A DNA stretch of 64,000 nt from Candidatus Uhrbacteria bacterium (GTDB taxonomy: Bacteria; Patescibacteriota; Patescibacteriia; JACPHY01), in assembly GCA_016188355.1 (NCBI GenBank), contig JACPHY010000003.1:8170-72169 (forward strand). Reading direction: 5' to 3'. The notes below the pieces were generated by a model. That model saw only the letters and a program-made list of their open reading frames with translations, was not told the DNA's origin and did not search any database. This document shows, piece by piece, positions 35,903 to 45,241 of this stretch (within the stretch, counting starts at the first letter, position 1; every line of letters starts with the position of its first letter). Made by a program: the position numbers and the translations under genes.

Positions 35903-36886
35903 ATGCACGACCTCGTGACGATCGGGGATATCAAGCTCGACACGTTCATCGTTCTGCCCGATGCGCATCTCCAGTGCAATTTTCGACAGGCAGACCGCGC
36001 CTGCTATCTCTGTCTCGAACATGGTGCCAAGATTCCTGTGGAGGATTTCGAACCACAAATCGCCGGATCCGCGGCAAATGTGGCGGTGGGCATGCGCCGC
36101 CTGGGATTCACCACCGCCATCGTGGCGATCCTCGGCAAGGACGCAACCCGAGCACTCGCGAAAGCCCGGCTCGCGGAGGAACGTGTGGATGCGCGGTATC
36201 TGAAAACCCTGAAACACGAACGTTCGAGCTACTCCATCGTCATCACATATAAAGGCGAACGCACGATGCTCACCGCGCATCGTCCCCATCACTACCATCT
36301 CCCTGCGCTCCGACCGTTCAAATGTCTCTATCTTTCGGAAATGGGCAAAGATTTTGAGGAGCTCTTCCACGATGCAACGGCGCTCGTGCGGCGACGCGGT
36401 GCGAAGCTCGCCATCAACCCCGGCACGATCCAACTCCAAGCAGGGCAACGGAAACTCCTCCCCACCCTCAAGGCAACGGACGTGCTCTTTGTGAACAAAG
36501 AAGAGGGCGAACAACTCCTCAACGGACGACGCGGGGAGGGCATCGATATCCGCCACACGATCACTGCACTCTGGAAACTCGGACCACAAGTGGTCGTACT
36601 CACTGATGGGAAGCGCGGTGCCTATGCCTTCGATGGTGGCGAGGTCTGGTATCTCCCCCCGTTTCCCACGACGGTCGTGGAGATGACCGGTGCGGGCGAT
36701 AGCTTCGCCACCGGATTCCTCGCCGCGCGGATGCATGGCAAGCCACTTGCCGAGTGCCTCCGCTGGGGCGCTGCCAATGCCACATCCGTCATTGGCATGG
36801 TTGGCCCGCAACCGGGACTCCTCACGAAAACCACCATGACCAAGATGCTCCGCGCACACCCCGCGGTCACCGCACGCGCCATATAA
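35903..36886 (+). CDS. PfkB-family carbohydrate/nucleoside kinase (ribokinase-like)
   Basis: 'GSAANVAVGMRRLGF', 'VLTDGKRGAYAF' and 'TGAGDSFATGFLAARMHG' (the DTxGAGD anion hole). Confidence 0.8.
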   Translation: MHDLVTIGDIKLDTFIVLPDAHLQCNFRQADRACYLCLEHGAKIPVEDFEPQIAGSAANVAVGMRRLGFTTAIVAILGKDATRALAKARLAEERVDARYLKTLKHERSSYSIVITYKGERTMLTAHRPHHYHLPALRPFKCLYLSEMGKDFEELFHDATALVRRRGAKLAINPGTIQLQAGQRKLLPTLKATDVLFVNKEEGEQLLNGRRGEGIDIRHTITALWKLGPQVVVLTDGKRGAYAFDGGEVWYLPPFPTTVVEMTGAGDSFATGFLAARMHGKPLAECLRWGAANATSVIGMVGPQPGLLTKTTMTKMLRAHPAVTARAI

Positions 36887-36933
36887 CGCGACCGCAAAAT
36901 ATCCCTGGATGCAGCTGCATCCAGGGATATGCG

Positions 36934-37533
36934 TTACCGGCGTTCGTCGCTTCCGCCCCCACTGCGCGCGGCGCCGACCCATGGGTCATCAACCGCGAAC
37001 GGATGATCCGGCCAGATACGCGCGCTCGCCACATCTGCGCAATGGCAACACGCCGCGAGTGGACTCATGTGCCGCTGATGCTCGGAGTACACCCCAATCT
37101 CTCCCTCGACGTACCGAAGCGCATCCTCCTGCTCCGCGGTGAGAATGATGCCAAACGCACGAATCTGCTCGATCCGGAACGCATGCTGCGCCGGTTTCGG
37201 CTGCAGGTCTGAGGTACGCTCGTACGTGCCATCTGCATGCCGAACAATCGCCCATGGCTTCTCGATGTCATGGAGGAAGCTGACGAGCAAGGCGTCTGAC
37301 AGGGCGTAGGGCTGCCGTCGCAGCGCGGAAAGGAGATGATAAAATTGGATCACCAGATTCATGCATTCCCGGATGTGATCCAAGTATCCGCCGGGCCAGG
37401 CCTGATGATTGTGTGTGGAGCCAGGCGCACCCGCATGATGGGCGCGCAGATGCTCGAGGAGCCGTCGGCATGCGGTACGGTTTGGCTCGGATATCATCTC
37501 GAGCATGGCGTCGATGGTGAAGTACGTCTGCAT
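36934..37533 (-). CDS. HD-domain-like metal-dependent phosphohydrolase (hypothetical)
   Basis: 'HNHQAWPGGYLDHIRECMNL...LLVSFLHDIEK' gives the H..HD...D pattern. Start taken at 'MQTYFTIDAML'. Confidence 0.45.
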   Translation of the reverse strand: MQTYFTIDAMLEMISEPNRTACRRLLEHLRAHHAGAPGSTHNHQAWPGGYLDHIRECMNLVIQFYHLLSALRRQPYALSDALLVSFLHDIEKPWAIVRHADGTYERTSDLQPKPAQHAFRIEQIRAFGIILTAEQEDALRYVEGEIGVYSEHQRHMSPLAACCHCADVASARIWPDHPFAVDDPWVGAARSGGGSDERR

Positions 37534-37672
37534 GGTGCCTCCGTTGGGAATGTGCGCGCCCAGCGTACCGATCGGTACGCCCCTCGTCAAGACGTGCGAT
37601 CGAATGATACGGTGACACCATCAGAATCCCTCTATGATGCGCCGCGCTCCACGATCCGCTGTGCACGTCGTC

Positions 37673-37894
37673 ATGGAAGTGATCGGTTGGCTGGGGGCGC
37701 TGGCAGTGTTGATTGCCTACGCGCTCGTGAGCCTCCAGTGGATCACGTCCGCCGATCCCCGATTCCCTATGCTGAATGGCCTTGGTGCGCTGGGACTCGC
37801 GGCACATGCCATCACGGCGCGCGATTATCCGATCGTGGCATTAAATAGTATTTGGCTCGTGATCGCCCTCATCGCACTGTTCTCATCCTACTGA
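37673..37894 (+). CDS. small membrane protein (73 aa)
   Basis: 'MEVIGWLGALAVLIAYALVSLQWI...LGALGLAAHAITARDYPIVALNSIWLVIALIALF', two TM helices. Immediately upstream of fba. Confidence 0.35.
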   Translation: MEVIGWLGALAVLIAYALVSLQWITSADPRFPMLNGLGALGLAAHAITARDYPIVALNSIWLVIALIALFSSY

Positions 37895-37895
37895 T

Positions 37896-38837
37896 ATGCT
37901 CGGCAATCCTCGCACGCTCCTCGCGAAGGCACTCCGTGGTCGATATGCGATCGGCGCGTTCAACGTCAACAATCTCGAGATCCTCCAAGGCGTGATCCGC
38001 GCTGCCGAAGCGCAACGCGCGCCGGTAATCGTGCAAACGAGTGAGGGTGCGATCGAGTACGCGGGCATGACGGAACTACTCGCCATGATGCACACTGCGG
38101 CGAAGCGAGCGTCGGTTCCCGTGGTGATCCATCTCGATCACGGAAAAAATCTCGATGTGGTACGGGCGGCGATTCGGTCCGGATATACGAGCGTCATGTT
38201 CGATGGGTCGTCGCTCCCGTACGCGGAGAATGTCGCGCGCACAAGGCAGGTGGTCCGCTGGGCACACGCGAATGGCGTCGCAGTGGAGGCAGAACTGGGC
38301 GCGATCAAGGGCGTGGAGGATTTCGTCTCCGTCGCCGAGCGCGATGCGGCGTTCACGAATCCCGAACAGGCCCTCGACTTCGTGACGCGCACGCAGTGCG
38401 ATTCGCTTGCGGTGTCCATTGGGACCGCGCATGGCGCGCATAAGGCGACCGGCGACATCACGCTCGACGTCGCCCGCCTGCGCCGCATCCATGCGCTCCT
38501 CCCGAAGACGCCGCTCGTCCTCCATGGGGCATCATCCGTTCCGGACGATCTCGTCGGCGCCACGCACCTCTACTGCACGATGCTCGGCGACTGTCATCGC
38601 CTCGAAGGGGCGAAGGGCATCCCCGACGCACAGACGCGGCTCGCCATCCGACACGGCGTCACGAAAATTAACACCGATACCGATCTCCGCATCGCGTTCA
38701 CCGCAGCGGTCCGCGAGACGCTCATCGAGGACACCACCGTATTTGATCCCCGCAAACTCCTCGGTCCCGCACGCGATGCCGTGCAGACGATCGCAGAGCG
38801 ACGCATTGCGGTGTTCAGGAGCAAATGGAAAACATAA
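37896..38837 (+). CDS. fba: fructose-bisphosphate aldolase, class II
   Basis: 'YAIGAFNVNNLE', 'PVIVQTSEGA', 'VVIHLDHG', 'VEAELGAIKG' and 'LAVSIGTAHG' are class II FBA motifs. Confidence 0.9.
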   Translation: MLGNPRTLLAKALRGRYAIGAFNVNNLEILQGVIRAAEAQRAPVIVQTSEGAIEYAGMTELLAMMHTAAKRASVPVVIHLDHGKNLDVVRAAIRSGYTSVMFDGSSLPYAENVARTRQVVRWAHANGVAVEAELGAIKGVEDFVSVAERDAAFTNPEQALDFVTRTQCDSLAVSIGTAHGAHKATGDITLDVARLRRIHALLPKTPLVLHGASSVPDDLVGATHLYCTMLGDCHRLEGAKGIPDAQTRLAIRHGVTKINTDTDLRIAFTAAVRETLIEDTTVFDPRKLLGPARDAVQTIAERRIAVFRSKWKT

Positions 38838-38910
38838 TGAACCCCCGCGGCACAAACGCACGCCCCACTCCAAAGAGTTGGGCGTGCGTCATACCACCAA
38901 TCACCGAAAA

Positions 38911-39270
38911 CTATACTCGCGCGCCCTCAAGTCGAGTCACCCGACGCACAAGATCGTTCTGTTCCTTCTCCAAACGTTGACACTTATCGCGAAGCGCGAC
39001 TAGTTCAATGTCCAACGTCTTATGTAACGTCACAAAACCATCCACGCCCGCGGCGAGGTCATCGATGCGTGTATTGGTCGCGTCGATCCGATCATTCATC
39101 ACACCAATGCGGTCACCCACCGCATCAATACGAAGATTGGTCGCGTCGATCCGATCTCCCAGGTTCTTCGTTACCTCGACAAGCTGTTGATCAATCTTTG
39201 TGAACTGTTGATCAATCTTTGTGAAGTGACCCTGGAGAAATTCGATGAGTTCTTGCTGCTGGTCAGCCAT
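38911..39270 (-). CDS. small coiled-coil repeat protein (119 aa), paralog family
   Basis: 'MADQQQELIEFLQGHFTKIDQQFTKIDQQL...DRIDATNLRIDAVGDRIGVMNDRIDATNTRIDDL' with 11-residue repeats. N-terminus similar to ORFs 15218 and 15520. Confidence 0.5.
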   Translation of the reverse strand: MADQQQELIEFLQGHFTKIDQQFTKIDQQLVEVTKNLGDRIDATNLRIDAVGDRIGVMNDRIDATNTRIDDLAAGVDGFVTLHKTLDIELVALRDKCQRLEKEQNDLVRRVTRLEGARV

Positions 39271-39310
39271 ACGGAGAGAGTATACGCACCTCTGGGCACA
39301 CGAGCAAGCG

Positions 39311-40051
39311 CTAAAGACCTTGGCGCAGGACAGTGAACATCATCTTCATCGCAGCGGCAAGTGGCGCACTTGTAAGCACGGTGCCGAAAATGGGATTGGT
39401 GGTCACAATGAGCGCAATGGAATCGTTCCAGATGAGGAGATCGGTAGGAGGGTCGCCGTACTCCTTTGGGAGCACGCGAAAATCGTACATACCCTTCACC
39501 GCATTTCGCATGGCATCCGCAGCACCGTATTCTTGCGAGGCGTGAGTGAGGATGTCGCGAAAGAGGATGCCGCGCTCACGGACGAGCTCGACATACCGCG
39601 GGAAAAACTTCGGGTAGAGCTGCTCGAGGTGCGCGGTAGAGCCAATCGCATACACCTCCTTCGCGGTGAGCGTTTGGAGGTAGATCTCCTGAACCTGCTC
39701 GGGACCATCGTAGAATTGAATTTTTGGTTTGTTTTTCTGCGTCATGTACCGTCCGCGCAAATCCGGCAGGATGCGCGCGATCGTTTCGCGTTTGCGGTCG
39801 AGGGAGCGGAGCAGTGCCTCGGGATCTGAAGCGAGGTACGCTTTCCGCTTCCCGTTCCGCTGCTCCTCAATGAGCTTCGCCTCCTGGAGTGAGCGCAGAA
39901 TACCGTAGCAATGCGTCCGGGCAATACCAGTCCCCTTCGCAATCTGCGGCGGCGTCGAAAGGCCCTGCTCCAGCAGATACAGGTAGACCGCAATTTCCGA
40001 TGCAGGGAGTCCAAGTTCCTTGAGTGGGGGAGGGAAATCCATATTGGTCAT
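39311..40051 (-). CDS. TrmB-family sugar-responsive transcriptional regulator
   Basis: N-terminal wHTH 'LGLPASEIAVYLYLLEQGLSTPPQIAKGTGIARTHCYGILRSLQEAKLIE' plus a C-terminal TrmB sugar-binding-like domain. Flanked by sugar kinases. Confidence 0.7.
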   Translation of the reverse strand: MTNMDFPPPLKELGLPASEIAVYLYLLEQGLSTPPQIAKGTGIARTHCYGILRSLQEAKLIEEQRNGKRKAYLASDPEALLRSLDRKRETIARILPDLRGRYMTQKNKPKIQFYDGPEQVQEIYLQTLTAKEVYAIGSTAHLEQLYPKFFPRYVELVRERGILFRDILTHASQEYGAADAMRNAVKGMYDFRVLPKEYGDPPTDLLIWNDSIALIVTTNPIFGTVLTSAPLAAAMKMMFTVLRQGL

Positions 40052-40227
40052 TTTTTATTGTACCATTTTTTTGTGTATATGAAAACTATTTCTCATATTT
40101 GGCCAGAATAAGAATCATTGGCAATTGACCAAATTGCGATTTCTCGGTATGCTGGAATGTCGATGATCGAGGAATGAGCCTCGCCCACCGGCACCGAACT
40201 TTCACCACCAACGGAAGGAAAGCAGCC

Positions 40228-41046
40228 ATGAAGATTCTCGTGATCGACGACACGCGCACGAACCTCGATGCCGCGAAGCAGGTCCTCCCCGAGCACGAAC
40301 TGACGCTCGTCACGGACTACGATCGCGCGTACAAGCTCCTTGAGCGGCCGAAGGCGAACTACGACGCAGTGCAAGAGGAGCTCAAGCGTCGTGGGTTCCG
40401 GAATGAGTACGATCGGGACGCGAGCAAGCAGGAGCGCGATGCCACGCGAGTGGAGCGGAGCCGGCTCGAGGTCGAACTCTGCCCGCCTCCACCGTTCGAT
40501 GCGGTGCTCTGCGACCTCCTCATGCCGGCGGGGCGGACGACCCAGGGACCGAAGGGCGAACGGTATGTCGGGCAGGAGATGCCGGTCGGGTGGGCGCTGG
40601 CGCTCATGGCAGTGCTCCAGGGCGCGAAGCACGTCGCGGTGGTCACGAACCTGAACCACCACGATCATCCCGCCGCGGCCATGCTCGACCGCCTCTGCAG
40701 TGGCCCGTTCCACGTCGGCGAGCCGCATCCCGTGAAGCTCCACATCAACGGGGCGCCAGTCGACTTCGTGAACGATGCGCCGATGGTCCCAGTTGAGGGA
40801 ACGACGTGCGCCGACTGTGGCGGATCCGGAACGAAGGCGGAGAAGGACTGCTGGCTCTGCAACGGGAGCGGCCGCAACGAGCACCTCGACAAAGAATGCC
40901 ACCCTTGCAAGGGCAGTGGGCGCGAGGTACCGACGTGCTACTCCTGCCGTGGCTCGGGAAAGGTGCTGGGCAAGGACTGGAGCAAGGTCCTCGCTCGACT
41001 CCTCGGCACCGAGACGCCGCTCGCCTCCGAGGACCATGACGCCTGA
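40228..41046 (+). CDS. response-regulator receiver domain fused to a DnaJ-type CxxCxGxG zinc-finger repeat domain
   Basis: 'MKILVIDDTRTNLDAAKQVL...FDAVLCDLLMPAG' gives the receiver fold with the phospho-acceptor Asp in 'LCDLLMP'. C-terminus 'CADCGGSGTKAEKDCWLCNGSGRNEHLDKECHPCKGSGREVPTCYSCRGSGKV' has four CxxCxGSG units. Start at ATG 40228. Confidence 0.65.
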   Translation: MKILVIDDTRTNLDAAKQVLPEHELTLVTDYDRAYKLLERPKANYDAVQEELKRRGFRNEYDRDASKQERDATRVERSRLEVELCPPPPFDAVLCDLLMPAGRTTQGPKGERYVGQEMPVGWALALMAVLQGAKHVAVVTNLNHHDHPAAAMLDRLCSGPFHVGEPHPVKLHINGAPVDFVNDAPMVPVEGTTCADCGGSGTKAEKDCWLCNGSGRNEHLDKECHPCKGSGREVPTCYSCRGSGKVLGKDWSKVLARLLGTETPLASEDHDA

Positions 41047-41152
41047 AACGCGGCACCGTTCCCATCCGGCGCACCGACAGGATTGCTCGTGACGAACCGC
41101 TGACCAGGAGGTCGGCGGTTCTTTTCTATTCCATGGTAGAGTGGAGGCGCAT

Positions 41153-42148
41153 ATGCACGACATCATCACCATTGGTTCTGCGACGGAGGACGTTTTCCTG
41201 CGATCGTCCGCATGGGAGGTCCGGGAAGATGCGGACTCCCCCACGGGGCTCGATCAGTGCCTTCCGCTGGGGGGGAAAATTCCCATTGATGAACTCCAGA
41301 TCACCACGGGTGGCGGCGCCACGAATGCGGCGGTCACCTTCGCACGCCTCGGACAGCTCCGCACCGCGTGCGTGTGCCGCATTGGCGCGACGGACACGAG
41401 CGGGCGGGCGATCGTCGCCGCGCTGCGCGAGGCGCGCATCGCCACCCCATTCGTCCAATCGGACGCCAAGCTCCGCACGGGCTTCTCCCTCATCCTCCTC
41501 TCGGGCAGCGGGGAACGGACGATCCTCACCCACCGCGGCGCATCCCATGCGATTGCGCCCGCACGGATTCCGTGGCCGCGGCTGCGCGCCCACTGGTTCT
41601 ACATCACGTCGCTCGCTGGCAACCGCACGCTCCTCCGCCGCATCCTGTCACACGCGGAGCGCATCGGCGCGCAGGTGGCATGGAATCCTGGCAACGACGA
41701 ACTCGCGTGGGGGTGGGATACACTCGCGCCGCTCGTCCGTCGGTGCGCGGTGATCAATATGAATCGCGAGGAGGCGCTCGTGGCGACGCGTTGTGCTGCG
41801 GACGATCTCACCGGAATGCTCACCACCCTCCACGCCCACGCACCACATGCCATGCGCATTGCGCTCCTCACGGATGGCAAACAGGGCGCGTACGCATTCG
41901 ACGGCGCACGCACCTGGCACATCCCTTCCCGCAACATCCCGGCCATCAACACCACCGGCGCCGGCGACGCGTTTGGTTCCGCCTTCGTGCTCGGCCGCAT
42001 CCACGGTTGGGACATCCCGGACGCGCTCCGCTTGGGCCTAGCGAACGCCGAAGGCGTCATCACGCACATGGGGGCGAAAGTGGGCATTCTCCGAAAACTC
42101 CCCAGCCGCCACGCGCTCCAACGATACGAAGTAGCAGCGTACGCATAA
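41153..42148 (+). CDS. PfkB-family sugar kinase (second copy)
   Basis: 'ITTGGGATNAAVTFARLG', 'LLTDGKQGAYAF' and 'NTTGAGDAFGSAFVLG'. Confidence 0.8.
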   Translation: MHDIITIGSATEDVFLRSSAWEVREDADSPTGLDQCLPLGGKIPIDELQITTGGGATNAAVTFARLGQLRTACVCRIGATDTSGRAIVAALREARIATPFVQSDAKLRTGFSLILLSGSGERTILTHRGASHAIAPARIPWPRLRAHWFYITSLAGNRTLLRRILSHAERIGAQVAWNPGNDELAWGWDTLAPLVRRCAVINMNREEALVATRCAADDLTGMLTTLHAHAPHAMRIALLTDGKQGAYAFDGARTWHIPSRNIPAINTTGAGDAFGSAFVLGRIHGWDIPDALRLGLANAEGVITHMGAKVGILRKLPSRHALQRYEVAAYA

Positions 42149-42151
42149 CCG

Positions 42152-43156
42152 ATGCATGGTATGGCGACCATCTTCGTCACGCGCCGCATCCCTGATGCGG
42201 GGGTCAAGCTCCTCACGGAACATGGGCATCAGGTGATTCTCGGACGCGCGGATCGCGCGCTCATCCACGAAGAGCTCCTCGATGCGGTACGTGCACATCA
42301 ACCGGAAGCGCTCCTCTGCCTCCTCACCGATCGCATCGACGACGCCGTATTTGCCGCCGGCAGTCCGCATCTCCGCATGGTCGCAAACTACGCTGCGGGA
42401 TTTGATAATATCGACCGCGCCGCCGCCGCGAGCCGTGGCGTTTTCGTGACCAACACCCCCGACGTGCTGACGGATGCGGTCGCCGAGTATACCCTCGCAC
42501 TCATCCTCGCGCTCGTGCGTCGCGTGTGCGAAGCGGATCGATATGCGAAGTCCGGTCGCTACCGCGGATGGGATCCGCTCCTCCTCCTCGGTGGAACGCT
42601 CCAAGGGAAAACCCTCGGCGTGGTAGGTCTGGGCCGCATCGGCCGCAGTGTTGCGGAGCGCTGCGCGCGTGGACTCGGCATGCGCATCCGCTATCACAGC
42701 ACCAAAACGGATGCCGCATTCGAGCAGCAGCTCGGCGCGCAATTTCGCGCGCTCGACGATCTCCTCGCTGAATCCGATATCATCAGCCTGCACGTCCCAC
42801 TCACCCTGGACACCTATCATCTCATTAATGCTGCCCGCCTCGCGCGCATACGCCCGACCGCCTATCTCGTGAACACCGCGCGGGGACCGGTCGTCGATGA
42901 ATCAGCGCTTATTAATGCCCTCGAACGGGGGCACCTCGCCGGCGCAGCGCTCGATGTATTCGAATGCGAACCATCCCTCGCCTGCAGCGTCGACGATCAC
43001 CTCAAACTAAAGGTGCTCCCGAACGTGATTCTCACCCCGCACATCGCGTCTGCGACCACTGAAGCGCGCCAAGCCATGTCCCGCGTCGCCGCCGAGAACA
43101 TTCTCGCCGTCTTGGAGGGTCGCGCACCACCCAATCTCGTTCCCATCGCCCCATAA
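42152..43156 (+). CDS. D-isomer-specific 2-hydroxyacid dehydrogenase (glyoxylate/hydroxypyruvate reductase-like)
   Basis: NAD-binding 'LGVVGLGRIGRSVAERC'. Catalytic 'NTARGPVVDESAL...GAALDVFECEP' and 'LTPHIASATTEAR'. Confidence 0.85.
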   Translation: MHGMATIFVTRRIPDAGVKLLTEHGHQVILGRADRALIHEELLDAVRAHQPEALLCLLTDRIDDAVFAAGSPHLRMVANYAAGFDNIDRAAAASRGVFVTNTPDVLTDAVAEYTLALILALVRRVCEADRYAKSGRYRGWDPLLLLGGTLQGKTLGVVGLGRIGRSVAERCARGLGMRIRYHSTKTDAAFEQQLGAQFRALDDLLAESDIISLHVPLTLDTYHLINAARLARIRPTAYLVNTARGPVVDESALINALERGHLAGAALDVFECEPSLACSVDDHLKLKVLPNVILTPHIASATTEARQAMSRVAAENILAVLEGRAPPNLVPIAP

Positions 43157-43192
43157 AACACCGCGGTCGCTCATGGGCGACCGCGGTACCAG

Positions 43193-43969
43193 TTACCGTA
43201 CCAATCGAAGTGGGGAGGGCGCGGACCGACGCTCGAGGAGCAGGTCGCGATCATGGCCATCCCGCACGAGCACCATGCCATTCGGCAAATAGATCTCCTG
43301 ATGGGGCGCATGCGACAGCGCGATACGCACGCGCGACGTCAGCTCACCGAGGAGCGCGGACGCGCCCTGCGCATCGATGGCACCTTCGCATGCATCGCGT
43401 GCGATTGCCTTTCCAGCGTCTTCGATCGAATCCGGAAAAAGGCTCGTGGAAATCCGAGTTCCTCCGCGCACCATGACGCAATCCAGCATTGCCAGCCAAT
43501 GCGCTACGATTCGCGTCCGCAATTGCTCGACGAGCTGTTCTATGGATATTCCTTGATCCACCAATCCATCACCGAGCAGCAGCGTCACGAGCAATCCATA
43601 CACCCGCCAGCCCACCATCCAGACACTGCGGAGCGGGTGGCGGAAAAATGCGCGCAGGATACTGCGCATGACGGATGGACGGGAGCGCTGCAATTCCTGC
43701 ACGCAGCGATGATAGGAAATGAGCGATGCGAGCGCCTCTCGTTTGGCACGATCGGCATCGGTATCGCAGGCGGCATCGAGCAGCGCCGTGGGAATGAATG
43801 TGCAATCCGTCACGCGATACCCCCTTCGCACATGGGACGTGCGCAGCAACCCTATCAATTTGCCTCGATGGTTGGCAAGCAACGGAATGCCCCGCACCAT
43901 TTCCTCCGAAAATCGTCGGCGTTCGCTGGACGTACTTCGCTCCATGCACGCCTTTTGCGCATGCGACAC
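43193..43969 (-). CDS. hypothetical protein (258 aa)
   Basis: Non-repetitive ORF divergent from the 44059 gene. No family recognised; start uncertain. Confidence 0.4.
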   Translation of the reverse strand: MSHAQKACMERSTSSERRRFSEEMVRGIPLLANHRGKLIGLLRTSHVRRGYRVTDCTFIPTALLDAACDTDADRAKREALASLISYHRCVQELQRSRPSVMRSILRAFFRHPLRSVWMVGWRVYGLLVTLLLGDGLVDQGISIEQLVEQLRTRIVAHWLAMLDCVMVRGGTRISTSLFPDSIEDAGKAIARDACEGAIDAQGASALLGELTSRVRIALSHAPHQEIYLPNGMVLVRDGHDRDLLLERRSAPSPLRLVR

Positions 43970-44058
43970 CTTTTATCATGATGCACGCCCTGGGGCGTTG
44001 TGTGCGCACGTGGCATCCTCTTCATGCGGAGAGATCTTTCTCACGCAAGGAGGACACC

Positions 44059-44823
44059 ATGCGTGCCGCAACAAAAACCACTGCGGTCACTGAACCAGGG
44101 CTTCCCGTGGATCCCATCCCCCGCGCCCTCGCACTGCTCGGGGTGCAACCAGAACAACTCGCGCGGCGCATCGCGCCCGCGGAGGCGCGGGCACAGCTCC
44201 AGCGCATTCAGGAGTTCCAGCGTCATGATGCGGCGCGACTCCTCCCAATCGAACGCGCGGCCACCGCGCGCGCGGTCAAACTCCGGGTCGCTGCGCTCGA
44301 AAGTCGGCTTCCGGCGTTCCAGCGCATCCCATTCCCCGCACTTGCAGAAGTGCTCCAATGGCGGAACGAGCAAGGCATGCCCGCGCTCGCACCCTTCTCC
44401 CCACAGAGCGACCGATTCACGATCCGTGTGGAGCCGGACAGCTGGAACAACGGCCCACGCACGATCGAACCGCATCTCCCCGCGCCGGTCCTGGCCTGCT
44501 ACGAGGACGTCTTCCTGAAACTCGAGGAGCGACGCGGACGACGCAATGTGCGCGTGGAGGCAGCAGTCACCTTCACCGGAACCATCCCTTCGGATGTTCG
44601 GGAGGCGATCCGTGCGGCACAGCAGACGTTCTCCGACGTCCGCATCCTCGCGGAGGTAGAACGCTGGCAGATCGAAGAGCACGCACCGCCCGCATTGCGC
44701 ACGGACCCGCTCGTCATCGGTTATGACGGCGTGGAATTCTGGCTCATCGCCGCCTTCGACCTCACCCCGCTCGAAGAAACCGTCCACCGCATCTGCCTCG
44801 GGACCGCCCCCTCCGTGGCATAG
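44059..44823 (+). CDS. hypothetical protein (254 aa)
   Basis: AAGGAGG RBS 7 nt before the ATG. Followed by a hairpin terminator (AACGCCCCAC-gacctggt-GTGGGGCGTT + TTCTCTTTG at about 44850-44885). Confidence 0.5.
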   Translation: MRAATKTTAVTEPGLPVDPIPRALALLGVQPEQLARRIAPAEARAQLQRIQEFQRHDAARLLPIERAATARAVKLRVAALESRLPAFQRIPFPALAEVLQWRNEQGMPALAPFSPQSDRFTIRVEPDSWNNGPRTIEPHLPAPVLACYEDVFLKLEERRGRRNVRVEAAVTFTGTIPSDVREAIRAAQQTFSDVRILAEVERWQIEEHAPPALRTDPLVIGYDGVEFWLIAAFDLTPLEETVHRICLGTAPSVA

Positions 44824-45241
44824 CCATCGCGCCGCAGGTGAACGCCCCACGACCTGGTGGGGCGTTTTCTCTTTGGATAGTCCTCCATCTTGACGAGGCG
44901 ATGCGCCAACCCGATACTCCAGTCATCCATCACGCACGGAGGACTGTCCCTTGGAACTCCACTCTGTTGATGATCCCCCAACCCTCGCGCACATCCTTTC
45001 GGTATTTGGGATATTGATCGCCGGATTTCTTGTGCTCCTCGTGGTAGCGCACCTCATCGATCGCATCCGGAGATTGCTCCGCGCGCCGCCGCAGCTCCAC
45101 ATCGTGCCTCCTCCCTCGCCGCCGCCACGCCACGTGATACTCCTCCGTCCGCCATCATCCGATCCGTCAGACGATCCACCGCCCGCCGCATAGATTCGCG
45201 CCCCACAAAACCAGTGGGGCGCTATACTATATGCATTCCCT

